64,000 nt of DNA, from the NCBI RefSeq assembly GCF_025526975.1, contig NW_026515697.1:124001-188000 (forward strand). Direction: 5' to 3'. A model generated the notes under the pieces. It was not told the origin of the DNA, searched no databases, and saw only the letters and a program-made list of their open reading frames with translations. The DNA comes from Fimicolochytrium jonesii. Its lineage: Eukaryota. Below are positions 26,922-39,179 of the stretch, in pieces. Both the position numbers and the translations under genes were made by a program. Positions within the stretch are counted from its first letter, which is position 1, and every line of letters starts with the position of its first letter.

Positions 26922-28808
26922 ATGGTAAGTGCCTCTAGATCTATAGTCCTCCGGAACACTTGCCTCAGAAAATGAGTGGGGTCTGGCGGTGATCTCTGCA
27001 GATAGTGTGAAATTGGGGAAAACAATGGGAATCGTCCTGACCCATCTGCATTCACCCCTCCGCCCACTCCATCACCCGTTTCACTTATACTCGCAGCGCA
27101 TACTGATCCCTTGTCTTCGCTCCGGCCGCCTGCATACGCTGACCTCGTCTCCTTTTCTCGTTACTTCCATCAAAATTCGTCCTCGGTACTTCCATCACCA
27201 TCGCCACCACCACCAACGATTATACCACTCCACACAGTCATCAGCAACAGCCTCCGCCACCAGCTTCCTCGACTTTGTCAATGCCTCCCCCTCGCCCTTC
27301 CACGCCGTTGAAACCGCCACCTCCCAACTAAAGGCCGCCGGGTTCGTCGAGATCCACGAACGCGATGCCTGGGCCGGTAAACTGCAGAAAGGCGGGAAAT
27401 ACTTCTTCACGCGCAACAGGAGCTGCATTGCCGCTTTTGCCGTCGGTAGTGGTGGCGGCAGCCATGTAGGCTTCTCGGTCCTGGGCGCGCACACCGACTC
27501 ACCCTGCTTGAAGGTGAAACCGCACTCGAAGAAGGAGAAGGCGGGCTACACGCAGGTGGGCGTGCAGACGTATGGGGGCGGGTTGTGGCATACGTGGTTT
27601 GACCGTGACTTGGGGCTTGCGGGACGAGTGGTGGTTACGGGGACGGAGGGAAAGTTGGAGCATCGGTTGGTGAGGATTGATCGACCGATTTTGAGGGTGC
27701 CGACGTTGGCTATTCATCTGGACAGGGGGGTGAATGATGCGTTCAAGTTCAATAACGAGGTGCAGTTGACGCCTATCTTGGCTGCGGCGGCTACCAAGGC
27801 CCTGAACGGCGACGCGGAAGCGAAAAGCACCACCACTACAGCGGCCCCCAACGCAGAGCAGCACTCCCCCTTACTGCTCAAACTCCTCGCCGAAGAACTC
27901 AAAATCGACGCTGCCCAAATCGGCGATTTCGAACTCTGTCTCTATGACACCCAACCCTCCGTCATCGGCGGCGCTCAAAACGAGTACATCTTCTCCGCCC
28001 GCCTCGACAACCTCATGATGTCCTACTGCTCCCTCACCGCTCTCATTAACAGCTCCACAAAGGAGTCGCTGGCCAAGGACGCCAACATCCGCGTCGTCGT
28101 GCTGTTCGACAACGAGGAGGTCGGGTCTGTCTCCGCCCATGGCGCCGGCTCCAACCTGCTGGAAGTCACCCTCCGCCGTCTTGCATCTGAGTTCGCAGCC
28201 GAGGGGAGCAGCGAAACGGCGGCGTTTGAACGCGCCATCCCGCGCTCCCTCCTCATCTCTGCCGACATGGCCCACGCGATCCACCCCAACTACGCCGAGA
28301 AGCATGAGGACAACCACCGCCCGCAGATGAACAAGGGCGTTGTCATCAAGCATAACGCGAACCAGCGATACGCGACTACCGCTGTGACAACCGCTCTTGT
28401 GCGACGTGTGGCGGAGAGGAGGGGCGTGCCGTTACAGGAGTTTGTGGTGAGGAATGATTCCCCATGTGGAAGTACTATTGGACCGATGTTGAGTGCGCAG
28501 TTGGGGTTGAGGACTATTGGTAGGTGGACTACCTGCGCTGCAGCCATGAGGTCGCGTCGTGCGGTTATTCATTTGCTCACAAACCACGTCTCTGTCTTTG
28601 CAGACGTCGGTAACCCACAACTAAGCATGCACTCCATCCGCGAAACCTGCGGTGTTGAGGACGTCAAGTACGCCATTGATTTGTTCGAGGTAAAAGCAAT
28701 CGTTAATCCATCCTACAAGCGAACAATTCCTAAAACCATTCCTCTTCTTTTTCGCAGTCATTCTTCCACGACTTTGCCGAAATCGAGGCACAGCTTACCG
28801 TCGACTAG
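26922..28808 (+). CDS. APE4: Aspartyl aminopeptidase (M18 family, DNPEP/Ape4)
   Basis: ATG micro-exon at 26922-26924 followed by GTAAGT. Motifs SPSPFHAV, GAHTDSP, YGGGLWHTWFDRDL, RLDNL, FDNEEVGS, SADMAHAIHPNY, PCGSTIGP, QLSMHSIRE. Introns ~28520-28602 and 28690-28758; TAG at 28806-28808. Confidence 0.95.
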
Positions 28809-29472
28809 GCACATAAATATGCGTCCCCCCCGCACTCCCATACCCAGCTTCGGGCAAAACTGAAACATAGAAAGCCCCCCCCCCCCCCTTACATGCGAAA
28901 GACGACCCGAGCCGTAGGACAATATCCCCCGTGGGAGGCCGGTATGGCAGCGGGTAGTGGGCGCAACGGCCTGGGGGATGTTTCTTCTATGTATCTAGCT
29001 ACCCTCAGGATAGATGTATCTACTGGTTGAATGGATGGTTGCGATGCCGAATCGCGCAGACAGGTTCGAGACGGATGTCGAGATCTAACCCACCCCCGAT
29101 CCATAATGTTGACCTGCAGACCAAGATGCCCGAACGTGCCCGGCATGCATGTGAGATGGGGCGTTTGACAGCACGGTTTTGTATGGTATTTCTTTTTACA
29201 ACAAGATGAACAAAAACGCATCAAACTACTGTGGGCCGTGGTGGGGGGGTGAGTCGTTTCGCTCAGTCACTGCAGGCACTCCCATTCCCCTTTCCATTCT
29301 ACATCCACCTCCCGTTCTCCTCTCGACAAAGACGCAAAACCCATGTTGGTCCCTAGCCCCACCCGGTACGTTGCCGGAGGGGGGGCGGGGCATCCTCTAA
29401 ATCTAAAACAGTCAAGTTTTTCAAAAACGGATAGCAAAAACAGATCCAACCACACAAGCAGGCGCGACTCGA

Positions 29473-30535
29473 TTATTCCTCAGCAGCGATCGGGACGGCG
29501 GCGGCGGGGGGTGCGCCTGCCTTGGTGCGTGTCGAGGTGCGTTTCACGGTGGTGGTGGTAGGGCGGGGTGGTTTCGTGGTGTTGGTACGGCGGCTGCGTT
29601 TCGCTGGCGGGTCGGGGTCGGCCGCGTGTCCCGTTTCATCGTCGGACGCGGAACCGACATTGTTGCCGTGATCGTCCGCATCCCCGGTTGCCGAATCCGT
29701 CGACGCAGACGGGGGCGGCGACGCAGGTGCGCCGTCCACATCTGCGACCCCATTCCTCCGTTTTCGTTTCACCACATTCGTCTTCACCTCCACGCTCTCC
29801 GTCCCAGAAGAAGGAGAGGTCTCGCCCCGCCGCCCACGCGTCCTCATTGCCCGGGTGTCATCTTCAGAGACAGAGGTAGCAGCCGCGGCCTTCTTCCGCC
29901 TCAACTGTGCCTGCATCTCCGTGACGGCCGACATGGCGTCCACGCGGCCTGCGGTGGCGGCTTCGTTGGCGGGGAGGGGGACGCCGTCGAGGTAGTAGCG
30001 CCATTTTCGGGGTGGGGTGGTGGTGGTCGACGCGTCCGATGCCTCTGGTTGGATTGTGGGGGCAAGGGATGAGGTGGTGCCGCCCGGTATCTTGCCGAGG
30101 AGGGGCCGACGCGAGGCTTCGGCGCAGCGTTTGAAGTGTTGAGAGATCCGGGAGGAGACGGTTGCGTAGGGTGTTTGACCTCTGCATTCAGTGCGTAAGT
30201 GCACAATGATATATGGTGAGAAAAAGAACACCTCCCCTAAACGCGTAAGAGATAACGCGCCCCACAAGAAAAACTCACCCAAGCACAGCCAACCCATCCC
30301 TCAAAATAATCGCCGCCAACTCCCTCGGCGAGCTAGGTCTATTCCCCTCCCTCAACAACGCTTCACGGATCGCGCCAAGGACTTTGCAGCGTTCGTCGTC
30401 GGGGGCCATGGGTGGGGCAGCATCGCGGGCGGATGGTTGTGATCGTTGGGATGGTTGCAGGGTTGGCGCGGGTTCGGGTTGTTGTTGTAGGGCGGCAAGT
30501 TTGCGCTTGCGGGCGGCTCGTGCGGACTGGCTCAT
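29473..30535 (-). CDS. HARE-HTH / Gds1-like winged-helix nuclear protein with low-complexity tail; 2 exons
   Basis: MSQSARAARKRK...KVLGAIREALLREGNRPSSPRELAAIILRDGLAVLG|GQTPYATVSSRISQHFKR...KWRYYL; intron 30182-30278. Confidence 0.7.
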
Positions 30536-31081
30536 GGTGGTTTGGGGGTGGAGGTGTGCTTGGTCGCGCGCAATGAGCTGCCGAAAAAACTCCGACGGGT
30601 GGAAAGTGGAGCGCGTTTGGCGATGGTTTGGCGCAATGAGGTGAGGGGCTCGGAAGGGGACAATGCCTTTGAGCGACAAGGGTGTTGTAGAGGATGTAGT
30701 ATGGGTATGGGGTGAAGATGCGCTGTGCTGGTGGTAAGAGTGGATCTCTCTGATTGCGGCGGCCGTGGAGCGTTTGGATGGCGGAGGCGTGATAAGAAAG
30801 GACGCGCGCGATTTGCTTTCCGTTTCGCCCAACACAGAGCACAGACCCAAGCATACACCCCCCCAACTCGCCCCCCCTCTCCATTACCATCAGGCACCGG
30901 TGAGAACGTGCCCAGCCATCTTGTAAGCGGGGAGATCGACGCTTATGCATTTCAGCCGGCTGTGACTGACAGAGGGACCTGCTAATATTCCATCTGCCGT
31001 ACAACAAGGGAAGTCACATACCCCCCCGACTCCCTTCACATACAATAAGCAAACACTGCCTCTCTCCACATAGATTATTCA

Positions 31082-31100
31082 CCCCCCCCCCCCCCCCCCC
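31082..31100 (+). repeat. poly-C19 tract
   Basis: 19 consecutive C, intergenic. Confidence 0.9.
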
Positions 31101-31398
31101 TTCTTCCCCTTTTCTCTTACGTCCTTGCTATTTGAAGTGCCTTGTCTATGTCTGAGTTCTTCGCAGTGCAAGCCACGTTTCGGCTTCTCCCATTCTCTCT
31201 GCGAGATGAATCACGCGTCGCTCGGTCTTTGCGCGTTTTGCGGATCTTGGTGACTGCGGAGACAAGCCCCACAACAGCCACCCTGTCAATTCGATCGTAA
31301 CAACACAATCCATCTCAACAGAAGTCCGATTGGAAAACTGAGTGAATATCATGAAGCCGGATACGCTGATTAATGCCCTAACTACATCTACCCCTACT

Positions 31399-32150
31399 CT
31401 AAAACTCCCACCCTGCTCTCGACGCTCCCATCCTCCCGCCGCCACCATCACCACCACCCCGTACATCAGCCACCGACACACCGACAAGATCCGTCATAGA
31501 CGCCGAGCGATGGGTCGCAGTCGCGGTTGCCCACCCTCCCGCCGCCTCATGAAGGGCTGTTGTAGATGCGCTCCGATGATGTGAGTGATTGGCGAGAGCA
31601 GGGTTTTTGGGCGGTGATAGCGAAATGGTGGTGAAGAGGCGTATGAGGACGCTGCGGAGCTGGGTGAGGGAGAGGGTGCGCCAGTTTGTAAGCGTGGCGG
31701 CGTTCGCGCTGGGAGGAAGATGGGGTTGGAGTTCTGTGAATGTATGAGTTTGGATGAGGATTGTTGGCGAGGGACTACGTGTTTTGCGGTCGCGACGTAA
31801 CGTACTTTCAACCAGCCCGTGTTTTCGCAGCAGGTGGAGGAGGACGGCGTAATGGTGGTCCATTGTTCTGGCAATGTCTGCTATCGTTGGGTCTGTGGAT
31901 TTTGCGCAAAGTGTCAGCGTTTCCCCACTTTCCGCACATCTCTCTGCACTATTCTTGCAGTAGCAGCATTTGCAGTGTCTGGTTACTCAAACCTCGTGCG
32001 GAACAAATGTACATACCTAAAGACGAATAATCAGGCATCTCGGCGTCCTCAGTCCCCTCCTCAGTCTCCAAAACAACGCGAACGGTCGTTTTCGGCCGTG
32101 CTTTTCCTCGTTGCGTTTGGCCGTGCGGAAACAGGTGGTTTGCTGCTGCA
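31399..32150 (-). CDS. Hypothetical multi-exon protein (5' exons unresolved, probably extending toward ~32800)
   Basis: Spliceable exons ...EMPDYSSL|DPTIADIARTMDHHYAVLLHLL... ending in the 154-aa ORF 31399-31863; no recognisable domain. Confidence 0.35.
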
Positions 32151-32997
32151 CCTAAACAAACGAAATACCGGTGTGGGTGGGGTGGTAGGGACGGGGAATA
32201 CGGGATACGTCTTTCTTTCACGTACTGGCCAGATCGAGGGCAAGGATGTATTTCGATTTGACAAAGATGCATTTGTCGCAGCTGTGGATCATCTGCATGA
32301 TTGAAAAGCGGGTTGAACAAATGTCGGCCTCGTGAACGGGCCGCATCAGGGCGCCTGAACGCAAAAATCGATGGCCGTAATCCACCGCTTCTGTCTTTGG
32401 TACATGTACCCCAGCTGGTCTTCTCATTTTCCCCGAGCGGCGCTTACCATGACTTCCAGGACTAGTAGCCGTGGTGAAAGCATGGGGATTTTGGTCGCAA
32501 ATCAGGTCAGTGAAGCACAGTCGAATGATGCGAGGCAGAGAAAAACAAAACGAACGAGAAGGTTGCAGGTGATACGCACCGCCTTTATTCCTGAACAAAT
32601 CCGTGCCGGCAAACTTGGATGTGGAGAAGAGCGCCGGAGCTCTCGTCGACGGCGGCATTTGAGGTGCTCGGGCAACTTAACTTGGTGTGAGAGTGCGGAA
32701 ATGGGTGCGGAGCTCTAGTGCACGAAAGCGACGGCGACGAATTTGGGGGGTAAAACCCAAGTCGTTCCCGATTTCGACAGCGCGTCTCGGAAGCGAATGA
32801 CTAAGCACGCGTCCACCTTCATCTTCAGGATAGTCGGGGCGGATTTTGGTTGTGGTGTGTTAGGCCGCGCGAGGGGAGCCGTTATGCGGGATGCAGTTTT
32901 GTTGGCGAATGTGTGATCATATACTCTACGGTGCCGCTTTGACAAAGCGCAGCTCAACGCACACAATCTACCTAAACATATCTACGAATGGGTCTCT

Positions 32998-34396
32998 TCA
33001 CTCATCCAAGTCATCCCCCTCCTGCACATCGCCTTCCGGGGACCCCGTCCGAGCCGGCCACGCCCCACAAGTCACGCAAAACCAGCTATCCAAGCGATCG
33101 ATCTGGAAGCCACACTCCAGACACGGATCATCGCCGTACCGCTCGATACCACATTTCGCAAACAACGCCTTCAATCGGTATTGTCTCGCATCCATGTCCT
33201 GATCCTCATTCTCTGCCGATGCCGCCCCGTCCGAAGCGAACACCCTCCGGAATACGCCGTAGTAATGCAGATGCTCGGCATCGCGGATCGTGACGCCGTC
33301 CTCGCGCAAGATCCGCGCTTTCTCCGCCTCCACAAACGCCGGGTCGGTGTGCTCTTCGAACAGCTTGGGGAGCGTAGTGGTCCCCGACCCGACCTCGATA
33401 GGGTCTTTCCGGCGCCATCGCGAGTAGGCTTCGGGCACCGCTTCGCGCAGGACGTACTTTCCAAATGTGGTCATCTCACCTGGAGTGGTGTCCTTGGTGG
33501 GAGCAGGGTTGGGAATGGATCGAATGAGGTCAGAGCGGCGGCAGGTTAATGCAAAGTCGATGACGGGCGGTGCCAGGAAGGGTTGGAAGACTTTCAGACC
33601 GAGATGGGCGGCGAGGGGCCCCGCGCAGAACCGCATGACGGAGGGTCGTGAGAGGCGTGCGATCCAGCGTTTGAGTTTGCCAGGGGACAGGCCCTGAAGA
33701 AAACTGTATCCTGGATGTGCGTGGTGAAGAATCTCAGTAGGCGACCGAAAAGCATAATGAACCCGGACGACCCGGGAGGCACGTCCAGTCTTTCAAGTTG
33801 GAGCAACAATCAGCACCCTTCCCCTCCTCTTCTGGCGCCGCACCTGCAAACAGTTCATCAGCCGCGTCCCCAGTTGCCACCACCTTGGCGCCCATCCGCT
33901 TACACTCCACCAACGCCCTAGCCACGACCACCGCGTTTCTCAACTCCATCGGATCGAACGTCTTCAGCACCCTCACGCACGTCTCTAGAGTGCCGCCCTC
34001 CTCATCGCCCACAAGGCTCATCGGGTCATCGCATCGCACAACGGTGTGTTTCAAGCTGTGCTTCTCGGCGATGGCGCGTGCATAGGCTTCGTCGGGAGCG
34101 GTGGGTGTGCATACGACTGTGACGGCTTGTTTGAGGCCGAGATGGGTGAGAGGGGCGAGGTCGGCGATGATGGATGTGTCGAGACCGCCTGAGAGGAGGA
34201 TGGTGTCGACTGGCTCGGAGGGTGAGAGGGCGGTGATGAGGGCTGCACGACAGCGTTGAGCCTTTTCGGCGAGTGACGGGGAGGAGGATGGCAGGGCCGT
34301 AGTGTCGGTGCTGGCCATTGTGGTCGGAGTGTCTACTGCGTCCTCCGAGTCCTCCGAGTCTGTGTTGCCTTTTGGGGGCAGTTTTGGGGGAGCCAT
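32998..34396 (-). CDS. Stand-alone asparagine-synthase C-terminal (ATP pyrophosphatase) domain protein with C-terminal Zn ribbon; 2 exons
   Basis: PP-loop LLSGGLDTS, ATGDAADELFAG|YSF (intron 33711-33843), FQPFL, GKYVLREA, RRKDPIEVGSG, CLECG...CVTCG; no N-terminal Ntn glutaminase domain. Start is 34396 or 34318. Confidence 0.85.
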
Positions 34397-34484
34397 GGCG
34401 AATTCTAACGCGGCGTGTTCGTCGTGGGCAAAACATTGCAGTAAGGAAACCTTGCTAGATCACAGCCCGTGCCTCCTCGCAGTC

Positions 34485-34759
34485 ATGCCAGCAGCTCAAC
34501 CACCCACAGGCGTCACCACCGGCGCCAACGCTGTCTGCGACTCGCAACCGCTCAAACAATGTCTTGACCGCAACAACGGTACGGTGAATGCTCTCGGTTC
34601 CCACGTTAGCACCCGTTAACTCCTCAGATTTCCGAATCCATATTTCTTGCCACAGGCGATAGGTCGAAGTGTCTGAAGGAATGGGAAGACTTTAAGCGTG
34701 AATGCATGACGAAGAAGATGCCGCCGGCGGCTTCGGCAACGCGACGAGGGGTATGTTAG
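34485..34759 (+). CDS. Small twin-Cys (CHCH-like) protein, about 65 aa; 2 exons
   Basis: ATG 34485 and intron 34579-34655 give MPAAQPPTGVTTGANAVCDSQPLKQCLDRNNG|DRSKCLKEWEDFKRECMTKK..., a helix-hairpin Cys pattern Cx7C...Cx10C. Confidence 0.72.
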
Positions 34760-35735
34760 CGGACAGTTGGGAAGTGACACGGAAGAGAGGGGGAAGGGAG
34801 GAAGGAGTAGGGGAGTGCCTTGGTTGTGGAGACAAGAACCAGTGAACTCCGCTCCTCATACTCGGACCTTTTTTCTAGCCTCTGAACGCATAAGGATCTC
34901 GCTGGCGAGTCGATACGGACAGTACGAAGAACAGGCACAGCAGCGATACAGACGCTTCAGAGCCGTAACTCACCACCTGGACCAGGTGATCATACCCAAT
35001 CCGGTAGAGATTGTCAAATCAGGACGCACGCTTTCCATGGCCCAATGTGGCCGCTGAACTGTGCCGACGTGGGCAGGCGGTAGCGACGTTCTCATGCCTA
35101 TGGCTCCGAGGATAGAGCTGATGACGCCCGGATGTGCAATTATTAAAGGCACCGGAGAAGAAGTTTGCTTAAAAGAGGCAGGGAAACGCCGTCGACGCCC
35201 TTTCCATCATGCGCCTCGTCACTGGGCATGTCGATACCGGTTAGTTTAGGTTAGACATCTGGGCACACATTTCGATCGACGGACGGGGGATACGACGCAT
35301 TGCAGTTAGATAGCAGAACTCAGTTAGACGGCATTCTGATTGGAGGTTTGAATGCCACCCTCTGCATAAACAGGACGCCAACCTGGACGGCTGGTGGGTG
35401 CGCCAGCAACATCGACAATTGGTGTAATGTAAAGCGTCTTGACAAATGATATGTTGGTGCCAACATTCGTATCATGGGATCTAGCTGAGGTCCCTTTGTG
35501 CAACTGCAGCTTCTAGGTTGCGACAATCTTCTCATGAGGGGTCTCAAAGGCAGAAACGCAGTCAGAGCAGGAGAAAGTATGTATTGCAAAGAGGACGGAT
35601 GAGGGGTCGGAAAAGGGCATGCCACCCCACACGCTGGTTGGTTTCCCAACAAAACACATATACAGAATCAGGGAGCATAACACAACAGCACACCGTCCAG
35701 AGCCCAATCGCCTATCGAATGACAGAAAACCTTCC

Positions 35736-37423
35736 TCACTCCCTATACATGCACCTCCCCCCTCTCACTCATCTCCCCCGTCTCGATCGTCGGCGTCGGG
35801 TCCATCCGACACGCTTTCGTGCGCGTCACCGTCACCGTTTGCGTCACCGTGGTCGTCGCCTGAGCGGCAGCGTTGAATGCGGGAACGGCACGGCGCTTTC
35901 GCTGGAGGAGGAGCTTAGAAGGGAGGTGGCCGAGGGGCAGGCAGCCGTCGAAGGCGGGCGGTTTGAGCGTGGAGGAGGTGCTGGTGAGGGAGGAGGTGTA
36001 GAGGGAGCCGAGGAGGCGGGCGGATTTCAGGACTGTGGGATGGGGGAGAAGGGTTATTGAAGTGTCGCGTTTTGGTCATGCTACTATTCGAAGAGTGGGG
36101 CATGTCCCACCATACATACCAACATGCGCCCTTGGCGCCAACACAGTCCCATACCAATCCGTGTCCTCGAACAAGATGTTTGTCGCCTCAGGGAAGTTCC
36201 ACAGGATCTTGTTGGGGAAGGTCAAGATGCTCGTGTCGATGCCGCTGAGATGGATGTCGGGTGATCCGAAGATGTTGATGATGATTGTTGTGCCGGGGGT
36301 CATTCTAACGGGTTTCGAGAGCACCGCTATGGCGATTGTGAATGTCGGATAAGTCAAGTGGTCCCACAGTTGCGTGATAGATGCGGTTCGCAGTAGTACA
36401 CCCACCAACAAGTTTCGAAACCGCCAACGACTCCGCATCCATATACGCCACCTCCGTCACATTCCCGCCCAACTTAATAACCATCTTCGGCGGCGCAATC
36501 CTCTCCAACCCAACCCACGCCGTCTGCTCCAGCTCAAACAACTTCTTTGAAATCATCTCCACCTCCTTCTGCGTCTCGCTGAAATCAAACTCCAGATCCG
36601 CGATATCCTCCACGCCGCACTGCCGCGACACTAGGCCGCGCTGGACGGCGTCGCCTATTTGGAACTTGGTGGTGTTGCTGGGCGCGCCGTTAGTGCCGAT
36701 GTGGCCGTTGGTTACGCTGCCGGAGGACATGGTGAGGGTGGAGCCGGTGGTTAGGGCGTACGGGTAGATGCGCGCCTGGCTGAGCGCGGCGCAGGTTTGT
36801 GGTTGTGGGAAGATGGATGCGCCGATGGACCAGCCGGTGAGGTCGGCGGCGCCACCGACTGCTAGGCGGCCTATTGGGAAGGAGCGGACGGCTTAGTATT
36901 CTTGGAGGAAAGTCATGTATTTGTGCATCTACTCGAGACAAATGTGGGCCTGTTTTGTTCTCGCCCATCCCCATTCTTTTTTGACCAATACAATGCGTTA
37001 CGCAAACGCTCGACCGAAGGTCCTCCGCCGGAAAAGAGAACCGCCGCCGATCTCACACTACCTTCTCCCCAAACTCACCATGCACGACCGACTCCCCCTC
37101 GGACGCAACCGTATCCTTCACAAACAGGTGAAATAGCGATGCCGCGTGTCCAAAGGACGGGTTTAGGCAGTCGCTCGTCGATTTGGGTTGGGTTATCCGT
37201 ACTGTAAACGTAATGTATATACATTAGATTTTCCAATCTTTAACCTCCAGGATAAAGAGCGAAAATCTCATTTACCAGGCGCCCTCCGAGCCCTCGACAC
37301 AGGCTGCTCGCGTATCCAGTCCTTCGACACGCCCAGCCGCTCCAGCGCGTCCGGGAAGACATTGGCAGCGAGCGCAAAGACGGTTGCTGCGGCTATTGCG
37401 ACGGCGTATACTGGGTTGCCCAT
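35736..37423 (-). CDS. Secreted/anchored choice-of-anchor A domain (putative adhesin / ice-binding-like beta-solenoid) protein; multi-exon
   Basis: Hydrophobic N-terminus MGNPVYAVAIAAATVFALAA; FGHAASLFHLFV...VHG|RLAVGGAADLTGWSIG; FDFSE; IIINIFG; KILWNFPEAT...WYGTVLAPRAHV; ends FDGCLP followed by a Thr-rich tail. Confidence 0.8.
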
Positions 37424-38050
37424 CGCTTATGTCGTGGTAGTGTGTGCTTGGTGGGTATGATGTATGTAGGTGTTTGTGAATACGCTCGCTTTCTCGTGTG
37501 ATCTGGGAGTTGGATCTGGTGAGTGGAGTACAAGTTCAGTGCGTGTGTACTTTCGTGTCCTCTTGACTAGATCGTCCGGTCTGCTCTAAGGGCTCATTTC
37601 CTCTATGAAAAAGGCTAAGGTTAACCATGTTCGGCGCCGGGCTCACATCAGCATCTTTTGGTTTGGAGGAGAAGGAGAAAAACATGCATGAGGTGAGAAA
37701 TAAGGCGGGATTATGCTTACGTTACGCGCGTGGCCGCTGTCAAAGGGCCGTCACTCCTTCGATGGACACCTCATCAATGCTCTTTTGGTTTGGCTTGATC
37801 TGGATCTTGAACTGCCGCCAGTTACGCCAGGTTTGATCTGCGCAGTGTTGTGTTTGGCCTCTTGTGCTAGGTCAAGGGAGAGCTTGGAAGACGTAAGTCC
37901 ACCTGAGCCAAGGAGCTTTTCAGTCCGGGGTGGACATCCCGCCGGGTCGTTACAATCCGCTTATCCCGCCGTCCATCCGCAAGACCTGGGAAAAGCATCA
38001 GACACACCATCAACTACCACCCATCACACACCACACCACACCCTCCCAGA

Positions 38051-38912
38051 ATGTCCGGCAAACCCCTCCTCAACGAGGAAACCATCGCGCGCACGGTCCA
38101 CTTCGTCTGCCGCTCCACGCTCCCCTGGCAGACATGGAAAGAAACCGAGCCCGAGTTCTGGTGGTTCTTCGAGCGGCACTTCAAAGCCACCACGGTGTCC
38201 ATCAAGCTCACCTCCGACGAGAAAATGTTTCTGGCGAGCATGGATGTGCCGAATGACTCGGTGGGGAAGCTGGAGAGAGGCATCAAGGACGGCGTGCTGG
38301 CGATGGAGATCGATAAGATACATGGGATTGATCCGGCGTTGAGTGGGAGGAGAGATGTGAGTTTGCTGTTTTGCGGAAGTGGGGATTTTGTACGGCCAGT
38401 GCGAGCTGGGGATCGGAATGGGCGAAAGCGGCTCGTGGAGCACCTTTGGGCTCCCTCCGGGACGTAGTCTTGCCCCTCCGGAATCTGAATGGAGCAGACC
38501 CCCATCGCAATGACCGACATCATCTAAGCAACCCCCTCTTTTCACTTCACCAGGTAAAAATCTCCAAATTCCAAGTCTCCCTCGCTCCCGCACAACCACA
38601 GAACCTCAAAGTGAAAGGCACCATCCAGGACCTCGAGCAGCGGCTGTTGGAGCTGGAATTGAAGGAGAGGGCGCGGTCGATTGATTTGCGAGGTACCGGA
38701 AATAACGGCTCACCGCCCGCTAGAAGGAAAAGGAAGGTTCGCTTAACTCACCCCCTGGCTCTTCATCAGTGATAATGGACCGCCTCCAAGTGTTCCAAGT
38801 GGACGTCTACAAACGGCTCGAAGCAATGGACAAGAAAGTGGACGAGACGCTGGCGGGGTTGGCGGTCAAGTGCGAGCGGATGGAGAAGGTGGTTGCGCGG
38901 TATAAAAAGTAG
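38051..38912 (+). CDS. Hypothetical multi-exon protein with C-terminal coiled coil
   Basis: ORF 38051-38467 plus downstream exons KVKGTIQDLEQRLLELELKER and VDVYKRLEAMDKKVDETLAGL...YKK*; host-like codon pattern. Confidence 0.5.
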
Positions 38913-39179
38913 GAACCGGCAGGATCACCACCAGTGCTGTATGGCAAAGCCCCATGACTCTTTGTATCATATGTAATATCGTATCCAAATCACATTTTTA
39001 CGCCCAATCAGTGGCCGTGGAAGTTGTCACGGTTTCAGAGTTCAGTATTTCCGAATCATCTTCTGCATACAGACTCTCTCATTTCGTATTTTTCGTTCGG
39101 GGGTATAATGTGTACGTACATATGAACATGGAAGGTTGTCCTCTCGCGGGCAACAACCGCCAGAAACCCAGCGAGCGGC

